Shown here: positions 51,200 to 63,657 of the stretch, piece by piece
Numbering within the stretch: position 1 is the first letter of the stretch
Layout of the letters: every line of letters starts with the position of its first letter
Assembly: GCF_030028105.1 (NCBI RefSeq)
Contig: NC_092397.1
Coordinates: 31,711,097 to 31,775,096 of the forward strand
Direction: 5' to 3'
Origin: Mobula birostris
Taxonomy: Eukaryota
Length of the DNA stretch: 64,000 bases
Position numbers and translations under genes: made by a program
The notes under the pieces: generated by a model
Seen by the model: the letters and a program-made list of their open reading frames with translations, nothing else
Databases searched by the model: none
Told to the model about the DNA's origin: nothing

Positions 51200-54100
51200 C
51201 CCATTTCCTGCCCTGGGCTGTAGTACTCGCCCTATTGACAGCAAATTTCAATTCAGCCAATGTAAACTCATCATCAATGGCATCTCTAACACCTCTTGTT
51301 TCTCAAAAATCTTCCTACTGTCCATCAAAATACACTCTCATCTCTTGATGCACTCATCCCCTATACTGTTGAGTCTGTGTATCTTTGTAAACGCATTTCA
51401 CGGACATGCTGCATTTTATTTGTCTGTTGCAGCCAAATTTCCATTCTCCACTAATACTGGAATCTGTTTTTACCTCCGACACCATTCACTTTCTTCAGCA
51501 TTCTCCTCAACACTGTCAGGCCAGATTCTCTCCTAAGTGTTCTGTAAAATCTCTTCCAAACTGCCCTGATAGCATTCCTAATAACTCTCATTGCCATTGC
51601 TCGTTTCCTCTGAAAAGCCTCAGCAAAGCTTCTTGCATTAACCCACATTTCAACACACGAAATGCCCCACTCCAGTCTCTGATGGCCTCTGAACATTTCT
51701 GTGTCCAACAAGGAACACATTTCTTACCAGCTCTCCGGGACACCAAGGAATGGCTCAACGGACAGGTCCACACACTTCAGAAATTACACTCTGATAGTCT
51801 TCTTCCATAGTACTGCCGAGAGACGATTGATCAAATGATTTCTCACACTTAATGGAATTTTCCCCGATTTCCTCTGATAAAACACCATTTAGTAACACAG
51901 CTGAAATTCTGACAGCGTACTTTGACGCTTAGATTACACAGGATTGGAAAATGATCACTCCCCATACCATTAACCCTTACATTCCAGCTACTGTCCAGCA
52001 AGTGGAGCACAGATAAGAGTCAAGTCCAAACAAGAACCCCACCTTTGGCAATATCCACTCTTACCTCTCTTCCATCATTTAAATACGGTAAATCAGACTC
52101 TTCCAGAAACTCACCTACTGCCGTCCCATTAGCTTCTGTAGTCTTACTGACACAAAGACCGCGATGTGCATTGAATTCGCCACACACACAAAAAAACAAT
52201 AAGTTCACAGCATTCTCCCCAACCATTTGACAGATAACTTCCAATCTGGATTATAAAAAGTTCATAATTTTGATCCCATCGCATGGATACAATAATTTAA
52301 TAATCATGCATTCATTTTTCTTTGGAAAAGGCCGAATTATTTCAAGTAAACCCTTTTTCACAAAGATGCCACTCCCTCCCCCACAGCTATGCGTCTATCA
52401 TATCTCACATCATCATAACCCGGAATCTTGAACAATACATGTGATTGCAGCAAATTTCTTGTACACAAATAACACCCAAGGGAACACCAAAACAGAGTCT
52501 TTAAATTCCTATCATTTGACTAACAGTCTTGTTGCATTCTAATGAAGAACTGTGAGTTGATTGGACATTATCAACGTACAGCACCCTGTGTACAATTACT
52601 TTCCCCCACCAGCTCACTCCCTCTACTATCATCCCCCAATCACTCTTCACCACCAACCCCTTCCCGATCAACCTCCACCATCAGTCCATTCCCTCTACAA
52701 TCATCCTCCAATCACCCTCCACCACTAGACAAATCCCCAATCACTCTCCACCACCAGCCCATTCCCAATCACCCTCCACCAACAGTCCGTTCCCTCTACA
52801 ATCATCCTCCAATCACCCTCCACCACCAGACAATTCCCCAATCACTCTCCACCACCAGCCCATTCCCAATCACCCTCCACCAACAGTCCATTCCCTCTAC
52901 AATCATCCTCCAATCACCCTCCACCACTAGACAATTCCCCAATCACTCTCCACCACCAGCCCATTGCTTCTACTATAATTTCCCAATCACTATCTACCAC
53001 CAGCCTATTCCCAATCACCCTCCACCAATAGACCATTCCTCAACCACTGTCCAATCCCTCTGCTTTCATTTCCCAGTCATTCTCAACCAGCAGCCCACTC
53101 TTTCTACCACCAATTCTTAAATCTTCTCTCCAAAGTACTTCATGCACCTGTTCTGCAGGAGTCTCCACTAATCTCAAACACTTTCATGCTGTATCCATCA
53201 CTATTCTGAATCTATCCGATTTCTTTCCCACCTACACTCTTCCATTAGCCACAGCACACAATACCACAAGAAAATCTATTTTTACGAATCAACACTTCAC
53301 GACATGCCTCATCTCCCACATTGCCCCCTTTCACATCTCTCCGTGGTCTTCCTCCATCTGAATGCTCGTAAGTGCCTGTTTTAATCCAACATCCACCATA
53401 TGCAGAGAAATGAATTCTGGTGGATTCAGCAGGAGAAATGGTATTCGTTAGTTTCACCTTCTGAACATCTGAAGCCTTTTGTAAAGCTGGACAACCTAAA
53501 TGTGCAGCTCTCTGAGCATGCGCACAGATACGGCCTCTTGCATCAGCACCAACGTCACAATCCCCATATTCATGTCCCCCTCCGTATTTTGCACATCGCA
53601 ATTTCCCCCTGCAAGAAGAACGAACATGTCCCACCCTTGACATTTAAATCAACGCAACGGCGGAGGGTCAACCCGTTTGACAGAATAACGAATGCAGCCT
53701 GAATTCATCAGAAAAGCACAACAGAACGGGCAAACACTTTCCCTTCTCTCAAAGTCTGTAATCTCTTAGCCAAAGCTATCTTACCCCCTCTCAGGTTGTC
53801 CTACGATGCTCCACACACAAACACACACTCAGGTACAAATGAAAGAACATCCTGAATCTTCGTTTCTCCTACCAATGTACTGACAATTTTACTTCCGTCC
53901 AGAGTCTTCATTTTCACCAATGTCTCCTGTTCCCACACATGTAGCCTGCACCTGCTCATTGCTCAGACATACCGCTGACGTTACCAATACCCTTCTGAAT
54001 AGCAGTAGTTAATCTAACTAGATGAAGATGTTTATCACCACAAGATATGAAAGCAATCATTGTCATGAAATCGACAATATCTTCTACACGAGTCCTTCTT

Positions 54101-54420
54101 CCCTTACCGGGCGTCCCTCCCCATCTGTCCCGACTCATTTTCCACTTATTTCTTGCCAAATCGATTCCATACTATCACTTAACACCCCATCTGCCGCATC
54201 TGACTTTCCCAACATTGGCACCCCTCAGTCACATTTTATATGTTGCAAACCGCCACCCAGCCCCCGCGACTGTCGCCAAAGTGCGAAGCGCCTCCGGACC
54301 TGGCAGGGGCTCGCTTTAAACGTGGAATTAAACATATCCCAACTTCGATCGTTCTCTGCAAATTGTTGCAGGTGTCCCTTTCCCTGTCTTCTCCACACAG
54401 TCACACAGACGCACTGAGGG
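51200..54420 (-). mobile_element. Nimb/I-clade-like LINE with gag-like ORF1 and APE, degenerate, interrupted by a minisatellite
   Basis: ORF1 zinc knuckles (GHVRSSCRGKLRCAK.GGGHEYGDC, 53245-53643), CGEFNAH (52020-52244), VPCWTQKCSEAIR (51588-51773); same type as 22490-24330. Confidence 0.75.
52600..53110. repeat. C-rich minisatellite, 101-bp higher-order unit built of CCAATCAC-led subunits
   Basis: CAGTCCRTTCCCTCTAC recurs at 52682, 52783 and 52884. Confidence 0.9.
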
Positions 54421-54705
54421 AGACGGCACGATTGCTGGGACCGTACGGGAGTTGATATCTTACAGCAACAGCCCCGGTTTAATGTATTCGGAGTGACGGG
54501 GTGTGACCCCGAACGGCGCCCTGATACAGACTCGCTGAGGGAATGTTTGGGGAAATAGTTTGAAACGAACTGTCGCCTCTTTTTCTTGGGAAACTCTCAC
54601 GTTCTGAGCTCACTGCAGACTTGTTCCATAGTCTCAATGAGCAAGAACTGATCATTTCAACACCGTGTTTTGTTTGGTCGTTTTACATTTGAAGCAGGAA
54701 ACTGT

Positions 54706-54777
54706 CTCCCCAACGGGGAACTGAACCCCCGTCTCCCACGTGACGGGCGGGGATACTAACCACTGAACTAACGAGGA
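54706..54777 (-). tRNA. tRNA-Asp(GTC), probable pseudogene
   Basis: TCCTCGTTAGTTCAGTGGTTAGTATCCCCGCCCGTCACGTGGGAGACGGGGGTTCAGTTCCCCGTTGGGGAG; U33>C, altered T-loop, acceptor mismatch. Confidence 0.85.
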
Positions 54778-55357
54778 TATACAACGATATGAAATCTGTC
54801 ACACAGATTTCAGAGTACAGGAGAACTCACAGAGTCACCCTGACGTTTGTTTATTGAGTGTGGATCTGCCGCTTTTTACCCGTCCCCTCCCACTGTGTGA
54901 CTGGAGGGTCTCAGGATTCTTTCGCGATTCAGTCACTTACTGTTCAAGGACTGGCCAAAGGAAGGGATCCCATCAGCGTGTAGTTTGCAAGGACATTTAT
55001 AATTAGGATTTGTTTTCCCATTTGCTGATGCGCGAGGCAGGACCCCATCAGTAGCCCTTCGACTCATTCAGGAGTCTGCTTTAACTCAATCTGATTCCCG
55101 GAGGAGACTCAACGGGTGTTGTAGAACTCCGAACTGCTGGAGGATGGCGACATTAATTACCGGAATAGGACCTGCAGCAGAGTGAGGAATGATCCGGCAG
55201 GAAGCTGCTCCTTGACAGGTCGAGTCACATGGAAACATGGGAGACGCTTCACTACTCGAATCTCATACAACATCATGGAGCGATGGTGGTAGAGACGATG
55301 TTTCTACATATGCATATGAATATGTATGTGCGGAGCGATATGGAGAGAGTGACAAAG

Positions 55358-57090
55358 AGAACATCGCAGATGATCGAAAGCCAAGCGACACACACAAAAT
55401 GCTGGAGGAACTCAGCAGGTCAGGCAGTATTTATGGAAAGGAGTACAGTCGGCGTTTCGGGCTGAGTACCATCATCAGGACTGAAGAAAAAAAAAATGAG
55501 GAATCGGAGTTAGAAGGTGAGAGGAGGGGAGGAAGAAACACAAGGTGATAGGTGAAACCAGTGGGTGGTGGGGTGCAGGGGGTGAAGTAAAGATCTGGAA
55601 CGTTGATTGGTGAAGGAGGAGGTATTACCAGAAGTTCAAGAAATGGATGTTCCTGCCATCAGGTTGGTGGCAAATGGACAAATATGATGTGTTGCTCCTC
55701 CACCCTGAGTGCGGGCTCATCACGACAGTACAGGAGGCCATAGGCTGCCATGTGAGAAATGGAATGAGAAGTTGAATTAAAATGGGTGGCCACTGGGAGC
55801 CTTATGCCTTACGTCGCAGGCCAGATGCGACGTAGTAGTAGTAGAAGCCACCGGGAGATCTCGCTTTTTTCTGGTGGACGTCGTGCCGGTGCTCGGCGAA
55901 GCGGTCTCCCAATCTGTGTCAGGTCCAACAGATATACAGCAGGCCACACCGGGAGCACTGGATACAGTAGATGACGCCGAAAGACTCACATCTCAAGTGT
56001 CTACTTACCTATAAGGACTGCTTGGGACCCAGAATGGTCGTGAGGGAGGATGTGTAGGGGCAGGTGTAGCACTTGTTTCACTTGCAAGGATAAGTGCCAG
56101 GCGAGAGATCAGCGGGGAGGGACGAACGCGCACGGGATTCACGAAGGGAGCGACCCTTGCAGAAAGCAGAAAGTAGAGGGGGTTGGGAAGATGTGTTTGG
56201 TGGTGGGATCCCGCCGGAGGTGACGGAAGTTAAATATAATTGTGTGCTGGAGGCGGGGGCTGGGGGGAGGTAGGTGAGGAGAAGACGAACCCTCTCCCTG
56301 GTGGAGGACGCGAGGATGGAGTGGAGGGGAGGGGCGAAGACGTGAGCAAAATGGAAGAGATTCTGTTGACGGCAGCTTTGATGGTGCAGGAAGGGAAGCT
56401 CCTTTCTTTGAATAAAGATAATATCTCCTTTGTTCTTTAACGAAACGCCTCACCCTGAGAGAAGATGTGGCGGAGACGGAGGAATTGAGAGAATGGGATG
56501 GCATTTTTACAAGCAATGGGGTGTGAAGAGGTATAGTCCAGGTAGCTGTGAGAGTCTCTGTGTTCAAAATAGATTTCGGTAGGCACGGTGTCTTCAGAGA
56601 TAGAGACAGAGAGATCGAGAAAAGGGAGGGAGATGCCCGATATGGCAGATAGACTTTTGGGCTGTGTGGAAGTTGGAGGCAAAGCTGATGAAGTGGATGA
56701 GCTCCGCATGGGTGTGGAAAACAGAGCACTGCTCTCGGTTATGCAGCGTAGGAAAAAATAGGAGGGATACCAATGTAGGTTGGAAGATAGACTGCTCCAC
56801 ATAGCCGACAAACAGAGAGGCATAGCTGGGACTCATGCCAGTGTCTATGGTTACACCTTTTGTTTGAAAGAAAGGGAGGAATCGAAGGACAAATTATTAA
56901 GTAGAGACAAGTTCCGCCTGACGGAGGTGCATGGTGGTATAGGAGATCTGGTTGGGACTGGTATCTAGACGGAAGCGGAGAGATTTGTGGCCTTCTTTCT
57001 CGGGGGTGGATGTCTATAGGGACTGGACATCCAGAGTGAAAATAATATGACCGGGGCCCTATGTGGCATGCAAAACGATTAGACTTCAAC
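55358..57090 (-). mobile_element. Penelope-like retroelement (RT C-half, GIY-YIG endonuclease, terminal repeat), degenerate
   Basis: MSPSYASLFVGYVEQ, LPFLDLSVSI..SHSYLDYTSSHP..IPFSQFLRLR; CSRCGLLYI..RLGDRFAEH; hammerhead-like motif 55446-55483. Confidence 0.9.
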
Positions 57091-57674
57091 TGAAAGATCG
57101 AGGGCTCAAAATTAAACTAAATCAAAACCACGGGATTAGACCCGGCAATTCCGTTAGTTCCGAGGATGTAGCTCGAGGAAACATACACTTCATGGTCAAA
57201 GAGAAGTGGATCTTACGTACTCCTGATAAAAAGATATAATGCACCCCGGGTATTCTCTCTTCTCATTCCTCTATCCGGCTGAATGTGTCGGACAGCACGT
57301 ACTACAGCTCAAGGATACCTTCAGCTCCTCTGTTATGTCTATTGAATGGTGCCCGAGTAGAACAAGATGGACACTTGCCCTCGCAATCTACGCCGTTGTG
57401 ATGCTGCACCTAATTATTTACCCGCACGGTGCTTTCTCTCTCTCTCTGTCACACTTTATTCTGTATTCTGTGTTTGTTTTACATTGTTCTCTCTCAATAC
57501 ACTGTGTAATGATTTGATCTCTATGAACAGTGTGAAAGAGAAGCTTTTCGCTGTATCTCGGCACATGACAAAAAGATTAAATCCCACTGAACGTGAAGGG
57601 AACGCCGGTCTCCGGACAGCGCAGCATTTTCCGGTGGGCAATACAACGCGCAGCAAAAGCTGCTGGAGCACCTG

Positions 57675-57748
57675 CGTCCCTGGGTGGGCTCGATCCACCA
57701 AGCTTCCGGTTAACAGCCGAACGCGCTCACCGATTGCGCCACAAAGAC
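57675..57748 (-). tRNA. tRNA-Asn(GTT), near-intact (T54>A)
   Basis: GTCTTTGTGGCGCAATCGGTGAGCGCGTTCGGCTGTTAACCGGAAGCTTGGTGGATCGAGCCCACCCAGGGACG; all stems can pair; TTTT about 17 nt downstream. Confidence 0.9.
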
Positions 57749-58600
57749 AAGCCGGGAAAATCTACCATTCCAACGTTAGAAGATGGTGACTGGTAATTGA
57801 TAGTGTGACCCGGCTTTTCACAATCTGCATGAATGGTTTGCATCAGAAGTTAGCAGACAACGTGAAACAGAAAACGTTCGAACCACAAACTTGTCAGAAT
57901 TAGAAGGGGAAATAACAATAGATTCCCAGTACATCGCCAAAAACTTCGGCCACGAGTACACACTCCTCAAGGAAAGATATTTTACATGGGATGTAATCAC
58001 TCTGTCCCGGGACCGATGAGGACACCACCGATCCCGGGGTCAGAGAAACAGGACTGTTCCTGAACTAAACGCTGAAACAGCCGGGAATACTCTGCAGATT
58101 AGGAAGCGATTCTGGAGGGAGATACAGAGTTCACGTTTCGGGTCGATGAACTTTCACAGCTCCGAGCTCGCAGTCAGACGGAAGGAGTCTCACGGAGTCT
58201 CTGCAGGGTGGCCTGAGCTGGGTGAAGGCACCGATTCCACTCGCTCTCTCCTTTCTGACTCTTTGAACTGTAAACCTTAAATCGAGTTCAAGAACAGTCT
58301 TTGTTTAACTTTTAAAATGTGGCAGAGGCGGATGAAGTAAATATTTCTGGAAACATTGTTCTCTGTCTCCGCGTGTTACGCCGAATAACTCTGAGATACA
58401 GAGTCGCTGAGGGGAGATTTCACGAAGCTGAACACAAAGTCCCGTCCTCTCGGCCGACTCTCCCTTCCCGGGATCACTGCAGATCGACTGTTTCACATCC
58501 CCAAACAACGGATCACTTCAACCCCAAACTCGGATTTAACCTCTTTAACCCTTTTCAATTCGAGTTACAATTACATTTAATATGGAAAGAGCAAAAACAT

Positions 58601-58670
58601 TTCCCTGACGGGGAAATTGACCCCGTCTTCCCAGTGCAGATGGGGATACTAACCACTAAACTAACGAAAA
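58601..58670 (-). pseudogene. tRNA-Asp pseudogene, heavily decayed
   Basis: Minus strand TTCGTTAGTTTAGTGGTTAGTATCCCC..GACGGGGTCAATTTCCCCGTCAGGGAA; anticodon arm deleted/altered; flank resembles that of the 54.7-kb copy. Confidence 0.75.
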
Positions 58671-59371
58671 TTCAGTGCGAAAGAGCGATCTGATATTGAG
58701 ATTTCCGAGGAGAGGATACTTCATTGAGTCACCCAATGTTTGTTCGCTGACTGTGGCACTGGCGCATTTCACAGACGCGCTTTTTACTGTGCGACGGGAG
58801 AGTCCTCGGAATCGTTTCCGATTCAGCTGTTCATTGCATAAAGTTTCCATTCCGGCATGATTGTGTTTTGGGAAAGGGAACATTCATCAACAGGATTTTA
58901 CTGATGCAGGAAACTATTTTTCCAGATTTTCCACTTTGTCCACACTGGAAAGTCTGGCTCTATTTCTACTCCGTAGATATAGGTAGGCACTGATGTCCGC
59001 AGTATCAGTACTGAGGACTAAATAGATATGGACAAGGGAGGTGCAGCGGCTCTTGTAGGAGAGCTTTAAATCTGTAGACAGGACTGTATTCAGGGATTCA
59101 TCTTAGAGTCTCAATGGGTTACGCCGCAGCTGTCATTGACATCATTAAAACCTGTGTGGATGAGTGTGTGCCTACGAAACTATATTGTACACAGCAGAAC
59201 CAAAAGTCTCAAATAAACCAGAAATACTCATCTCCGACAGTTGCACACATGTAATTTAAAATCTTTCTTCATTTCTCCTTCCATTATTCAACTGGAAGCC
59301 GGTGGATTCCCAAGTATCTGCGCATAATGTGACAGGTCACGGTGTTAAAACGCACTGATAAGTGATGAATA

Positions 59372-59441
59372 CAGCAGAAGATGGTTTCGATCCATCGACC
59401 TGGAGGTTATGGGTTCCGCGGATCCGCTGAGACACTGTGCT
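59372..59441 (-). pseudogene. Initiator tRNA-Met(CAT) pseudogene
   Basis: AGCACAGTGTCTCAGCGGATCCGCGGAACCCATAACCTCCAGGTCGATGGATCGAAACCATCTTCTGCTG; iMet-specific GATCGAAA T-loop; anticodon stem broken. Confidence 0.85.
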
Positions 59442-59633
59442 TCACAGAGTAACTGGAATTGCTGTGCAATGAATGTTGCGCAATGTTATTTGAGTTTCCC
59501 CACGGATACAGCAAGAGCCCGTTCTTAACTCTCCCACATGTTACAGGCTTATCCCGTACTTCAATGAGGGAAATGAAGGCTGAGCGTAGAGTAAGTTCTT
59601 CATCTGTTTTCCGCTCATTTATAAAACATTCTG

Positions 59634-59705
59634 TGGAGATGCCGGGGATTGAACCTAGGACTTCATACATGCGAAGCATGCGCTTTCCCACTGAGCTACA
59701 TCCCC
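59634..59705 (-). tRNA. tRNA-Ala(CGC), mildly degenerate
   Basis: GGGGATGTAGCTCAGTGGGAAAGCGCATGCTTCGCATGTATGAAGTCCTAGGTTCAATCCCCGGCATCTCCA; D- and T-stem mismatches; TTTT downstream. Confidence 0.88.
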
Positions 59706-59744
59706 GATGTCGAATTTATGATGAAATCTTCAATCTGATCCCGC

Positions 59745-60335
59745 AGATCATAAGGTACAGGAGCAGAATTAGGTTATGTGGCTCATCGAGTCTGCATCAC
59801 CATTTCATCATGGCTGATCTATGTTTCCCCTCTTCAGTCCCAGTCCCCCGCCTTCTCTCATAGGCTTTGATGCCTTGTCCAGCCAAGAGAATATCTCGCT
59901 CTGCCTTCAATACCCCCAACGACCTCGTATCCGCCGATGTTTGCGTCTGCATCTCTGCTTGAAATAGACGCCTCTCTCTCTTGAGACTGCGACCTCTTAT
60001 CCTTAACTCCACCACCGTAGGGAATATCTTTTCCCATATCTACTCTGTCCAGGCCTTTCAACATTCGAAAGGTTTCAATAAGATCCCACCTAATCCTTCT
60101 AAATTCCATTGAGTACAGACCCAGAGCTATCAAATGTTCCTCATATGATAACCCTTTCATTTCCGTGGTCATCCTTGTGAACCTCCTCTCCATCATCTCC
60201 AATACCAGCACATCTTTTCTGAGATGAGCAGCCCAAGACTTTTCAAAATACTTTTCCTTAAAGAAACCATACTTACTTTGTCTGATCTTGTCCTGTGTCA
60301 CCAAGTACTCCATAACCTCATCCTTAATAGTAAAA
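59745..60335 (-). mobile_element. CR1 3' fragment with internal deletion
   Basis: ORF 59858-60424 ERRFTRM..GLSYEEHL..DLIETFRMLKG. Confidence 0.75.
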
Positions 60336-60428
60336 CTGAGTAGCAAATCGCAAAGGCTGGACGTTGAAAGATAGAAAACAGAAGATGGAGCGGGTGATTC
60401 TGCCTTTCGAGTCTGCTCGGCCATTCAT

Positions 60429-60510
60429 TGTAGTGGACAGGATTCGAATCTTCCCGGAGTCAACCCAATGGATTTCCAGTCCAATACCTGAGCCACTCGG
60501 CTACGATTAC
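60429..60510 (-). pseudogene. tRNA-Ser pseudogene (anticodon now GGA)
   Basis: GTAATCGTAGCCGAGTGGCTCAGGTATTGGACTGGAAATCCATTGGGTTGACTCCGGGAAGATTCGAATCCTGTCCACTACA; 82 nt with long variable arm, several stem mismatches. Confidence 0.85.
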
Positions 60511-61309
60511 CATGTTCTCCACATGCGACAGGGTCAGCAGAGATCCGGAGTCAGAGAAACAGAGTTGATCCTGAACTAAAAGCGGAAACTGCTGGATATA
60601 CTCAGCAGATACGTCAGCATCTGTGAAGAGAGAAACAGAGTTCATATTTAGCTCAGTGACCTTCCACCCTGAACTCCATGCGGGCACTTTAGTGGCGAGA
60701 GACTCAATTACAGCGGCACAGGGTTTCTTCACATCGCGACCACAAACCCCAAGATCGCCAGGTGGGCCTCAGCGTCAGAGACAATGGAGCCTGCCGTTTC
60801 CCTGCTGTCCTGGAGAAGGCGGAGTGGGGCTTGCTTCCTGAGCTACTGATCTACGTGAGCTGAGGGGGCTCTCAATCACTGAGCTCCAGGACGCTGGCCC
60901 GGCGCCCTGGCACTGATCGACATGGAAAGTCTGCAGGTAGCAGGACCGGCGCCCGGACTTGTCCTCCTTTCTGATCCATCCGACAACCTGACTGGGTCGC
61001 TTCCGAGGGCCGTCACCAGATAACAATTTTGGTGTGGAATAGACTCACATCCAATGGAAAACGAGTGAGGACGGCGGGTTCTGTGCTCCCAGCATTCCAA
61101 AATCTGATGAAAGCCAGATATAAGCAATTAATAGTGGGCAATAGGAACACGGAGAGCACGTTCAAAGTCCAAAGTAGTATCATTATCTAATTACGTACAT
61201 GTCAACATCGACTACTCTGGCATTCATGTACCTGCTGGCTTTCAGAGTAGATCTGAACAATACAACAGCATCAATGAACAAAAAGCTACACATTAAAACT
61301 ATTAATTAA

Positions 61310-62985
61310 TGGCCTTAAAGTTCTCCGCTTCCATCTGGATACCAGACCCAACCAGCTCTCCTCTGCCACTACGCATCTCCGTCTGGAGGAACTCAATAAT
61401 TTCTCCTTCGACTCCTCCCATTTCCTTCAAACAAAAGGTGTAGCCATAAACACTGGCAGGGGTCGCAAATATGCCTGTCTGTTTGTCGGCTTCCAGGAGC
61501 AGTCTATCTTCCAGCCTACGTTGGTATCGCTCCATAATTTTTCCTCCGCTACATAACCGACAGCAGTGCTGCAGTTTTCTGCACCCATGCGGAGCTCATC
61601 CACTTCATCAGTTTTGCCTCCAACTTCCACCCTGCACAACAATTTACCTGGCCCTTATCCGACACCTCCCTCCTTTTTTTTATATCTTTGTCTCTATCTC
61701 TGAAGGCAGCTTGTCTACTGATATATCTACTTTGAACACGGAGACTCTCACAGCTATCTGGACTATACCGCTTCCCACCCCGTTACTTGTGAAATGCCAT
61801 CCTCTTCTCTCAATTCCTCCGTCTCCGCCGCGTCTGCTTTCAGGATAAGACGTTTCATTCAAGAAAAAAGGAGATATCATCTTTTTTTTCAAAGAAAGGG
61901 TCCTCCCTTCCTCCACCACCAAAGCTGCCCTCAACGGATTATCTTCCGTTTTGTTCACGTCTGCCCTCATTTCATCCTCGCGCCCTCCATCAGGGAGAGG
62001 GTTCGTCCTGTCCTCACCTACCTCCCCCCAGCCTCTGCCTCCAGCACACAATTCTATGTAACTTTCGCCATCTCTGGTTGGATCCCCCCACCAAACACAT
62101 CTCCCCCCTCTACGTCCTACTTTCTGCAGGGATCGCTCCCTATCTGAATCCCATGTGCGTTCATCCCTCCCACTGGCACTTCTCCTTGCAAGTGAAGCAA
62201 GTGCTACACCTGTCCCTACACCTCCTGCCTCACTACCATTCAGAGTCCCAAACAATCCTTTCAGGTAAGGCGACACTTCACCTCTGAGTATTTGAAGGTC
62301 ATCTACTGCATTGAGTGCTCCCGGTGTGGCCTCCTATATATCGCTGACACCTGACACAGATTGGGAGACCACTTCACCGAGAACCTACACTCCGTCCAAC
62401 AGAATAAGTGACATACCCCTCTGGCCGCCATTTTAATTTCACTTCCCATTCCAATTCCGACATGGCAGCCCTTGGCCTCCTGTATTGTCGCCATGAAGCT
62501 ACACTGAGGGTGGAGGAGCAACACGTTATATTCGTCTGGGAAGCCTCCAACCTGATCGCATGAATATAGATTTCTCCAACTTCTGGTTATGGCACCTCCT
62601 TCACCAAGCCCCGGTCTCGTTTCCCTCTCTGACCTTATCTCCTTACCCGCCAATCACCTCCCCCTTTCATTCTTCCATGGCCTTCTGTCCTCTCGTATTA
62701 GATTCCCTGTTCTCCAGCCCAGGATCTCTTTCACAAATCAAGGTTTCAAGTCTTTAATTCACCAGCTCCCTCCCCCGGCGGTTTCACCCATCACCTTGTG
62801 TTTATTTCTCCCGTCCCCTCACCGTCTGAATTTAATTACTCGTCGATTGTTTCTCCTGTCCGGATGAAGGGACTCGGTCCGAACCGTCGACTGTATTTTT
62901 CCCAAGATGCTGCCTGGCCTGCTGAGTTCCCCCAACATTTTCTGTGTTGCTTGGATTTCCATCATCTGTAGATTTTCTCCTTGTG
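61310..62985 (+). mobile_element. Penelope-like retroelement, degenerate, inverted relative to 55358-57090
   Basis: Same RT/GIY-YIG fragments (VIYCIECSRCGLLYI..RLGDHFTE; MNIDFSNF) and a terminal repeat with a degenerate hammerhead at about 62855-62893. Confidence 0.9.
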
Positions 62986-63586
62986 CCTCTATCGATGTCG
63001 CTCCACAAGAACATATTCATGAGCCTATCTAAAAACATCGTACACCCTTCCGTCTCTGAATCTGGCAGCCCGTTCCAAGCACCCACGCCACTCTGTCTAA
63101 AAACGTGAGCCACACATCTTCATTAAACTCTCTCCCACTCGACCTTCAATTCATTCCCGGTAGAATTTCAAATCCATACCCTGGGAATCTAATTCTGACT
63201 ATCTGCCCAATCTATGTATCTCATAAATTTCTACTTCATAATTCGGTCAAGTTTCCTCTTAGGCTCTGACATTCCAGTGAAGGCAAACAAGTTCAATCAT
63301 TTTAATCAGGCAGCATCGGGGAAACGCTTTGCAAATCCTGCCAATCCTTCCTGTGAAATGCCATTCTTGCAGAATCTGGAATAGAGTCAAGACAGGATTG
63401 AACAGGAAACTCTTGAGGGACGTTAATTCCATCTCTGATCCACGACACAGTGAATGATAATTAATGAATCCATCTTACACTCACAACATGAATTAGCGTG
63501 AGTCGATCACTTGGCCCTTGGGAGTTCTGCGTAGATCGTGTCAATGTAAGAAGATTATTTGTTGTGTAGTCTAAAATGGTACAGCG

Positions 63587-63657
63587 TGCCATAGCTGGAA
63601 ATCGAAGCCGGGTCAACTGCTTGGAAGGCAGCTCTGCTCACCAGTAACAACCATCGC
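63587..63657 (-). pseudogene. tRNA-Gly(TCC) pseudogene
   Basis: GCGATGGTTGTTACTGGTGAGCAGAGCTGCCTTCCAAGCAGTTGACCCGGCTTCGATTTCCAGCTATGGCA; anticodon arm intact, acceptor and T stems damaged. Confidence 0.85.

Noticed and set aside
52542-53120. 192-aa Pro/His/Ser-rich ORF
   Set aside because: Translation of the C-rich minisatellite.
57125-57180. tRNA-like fragments (GGGATTAGACCCGG; GGATGTAGCTCG); also GTGGCCTGAGCTGG at about 58208
   Set aside because: Only isolated box-like words; no cloverleaf could be built.
60429-60510. Functional tRNA-Ser with rare GGA anticodon
   Set aside because: Multiple stem mismatches; a single change from AGA, TGA or CGA in a decaying copy explains it.
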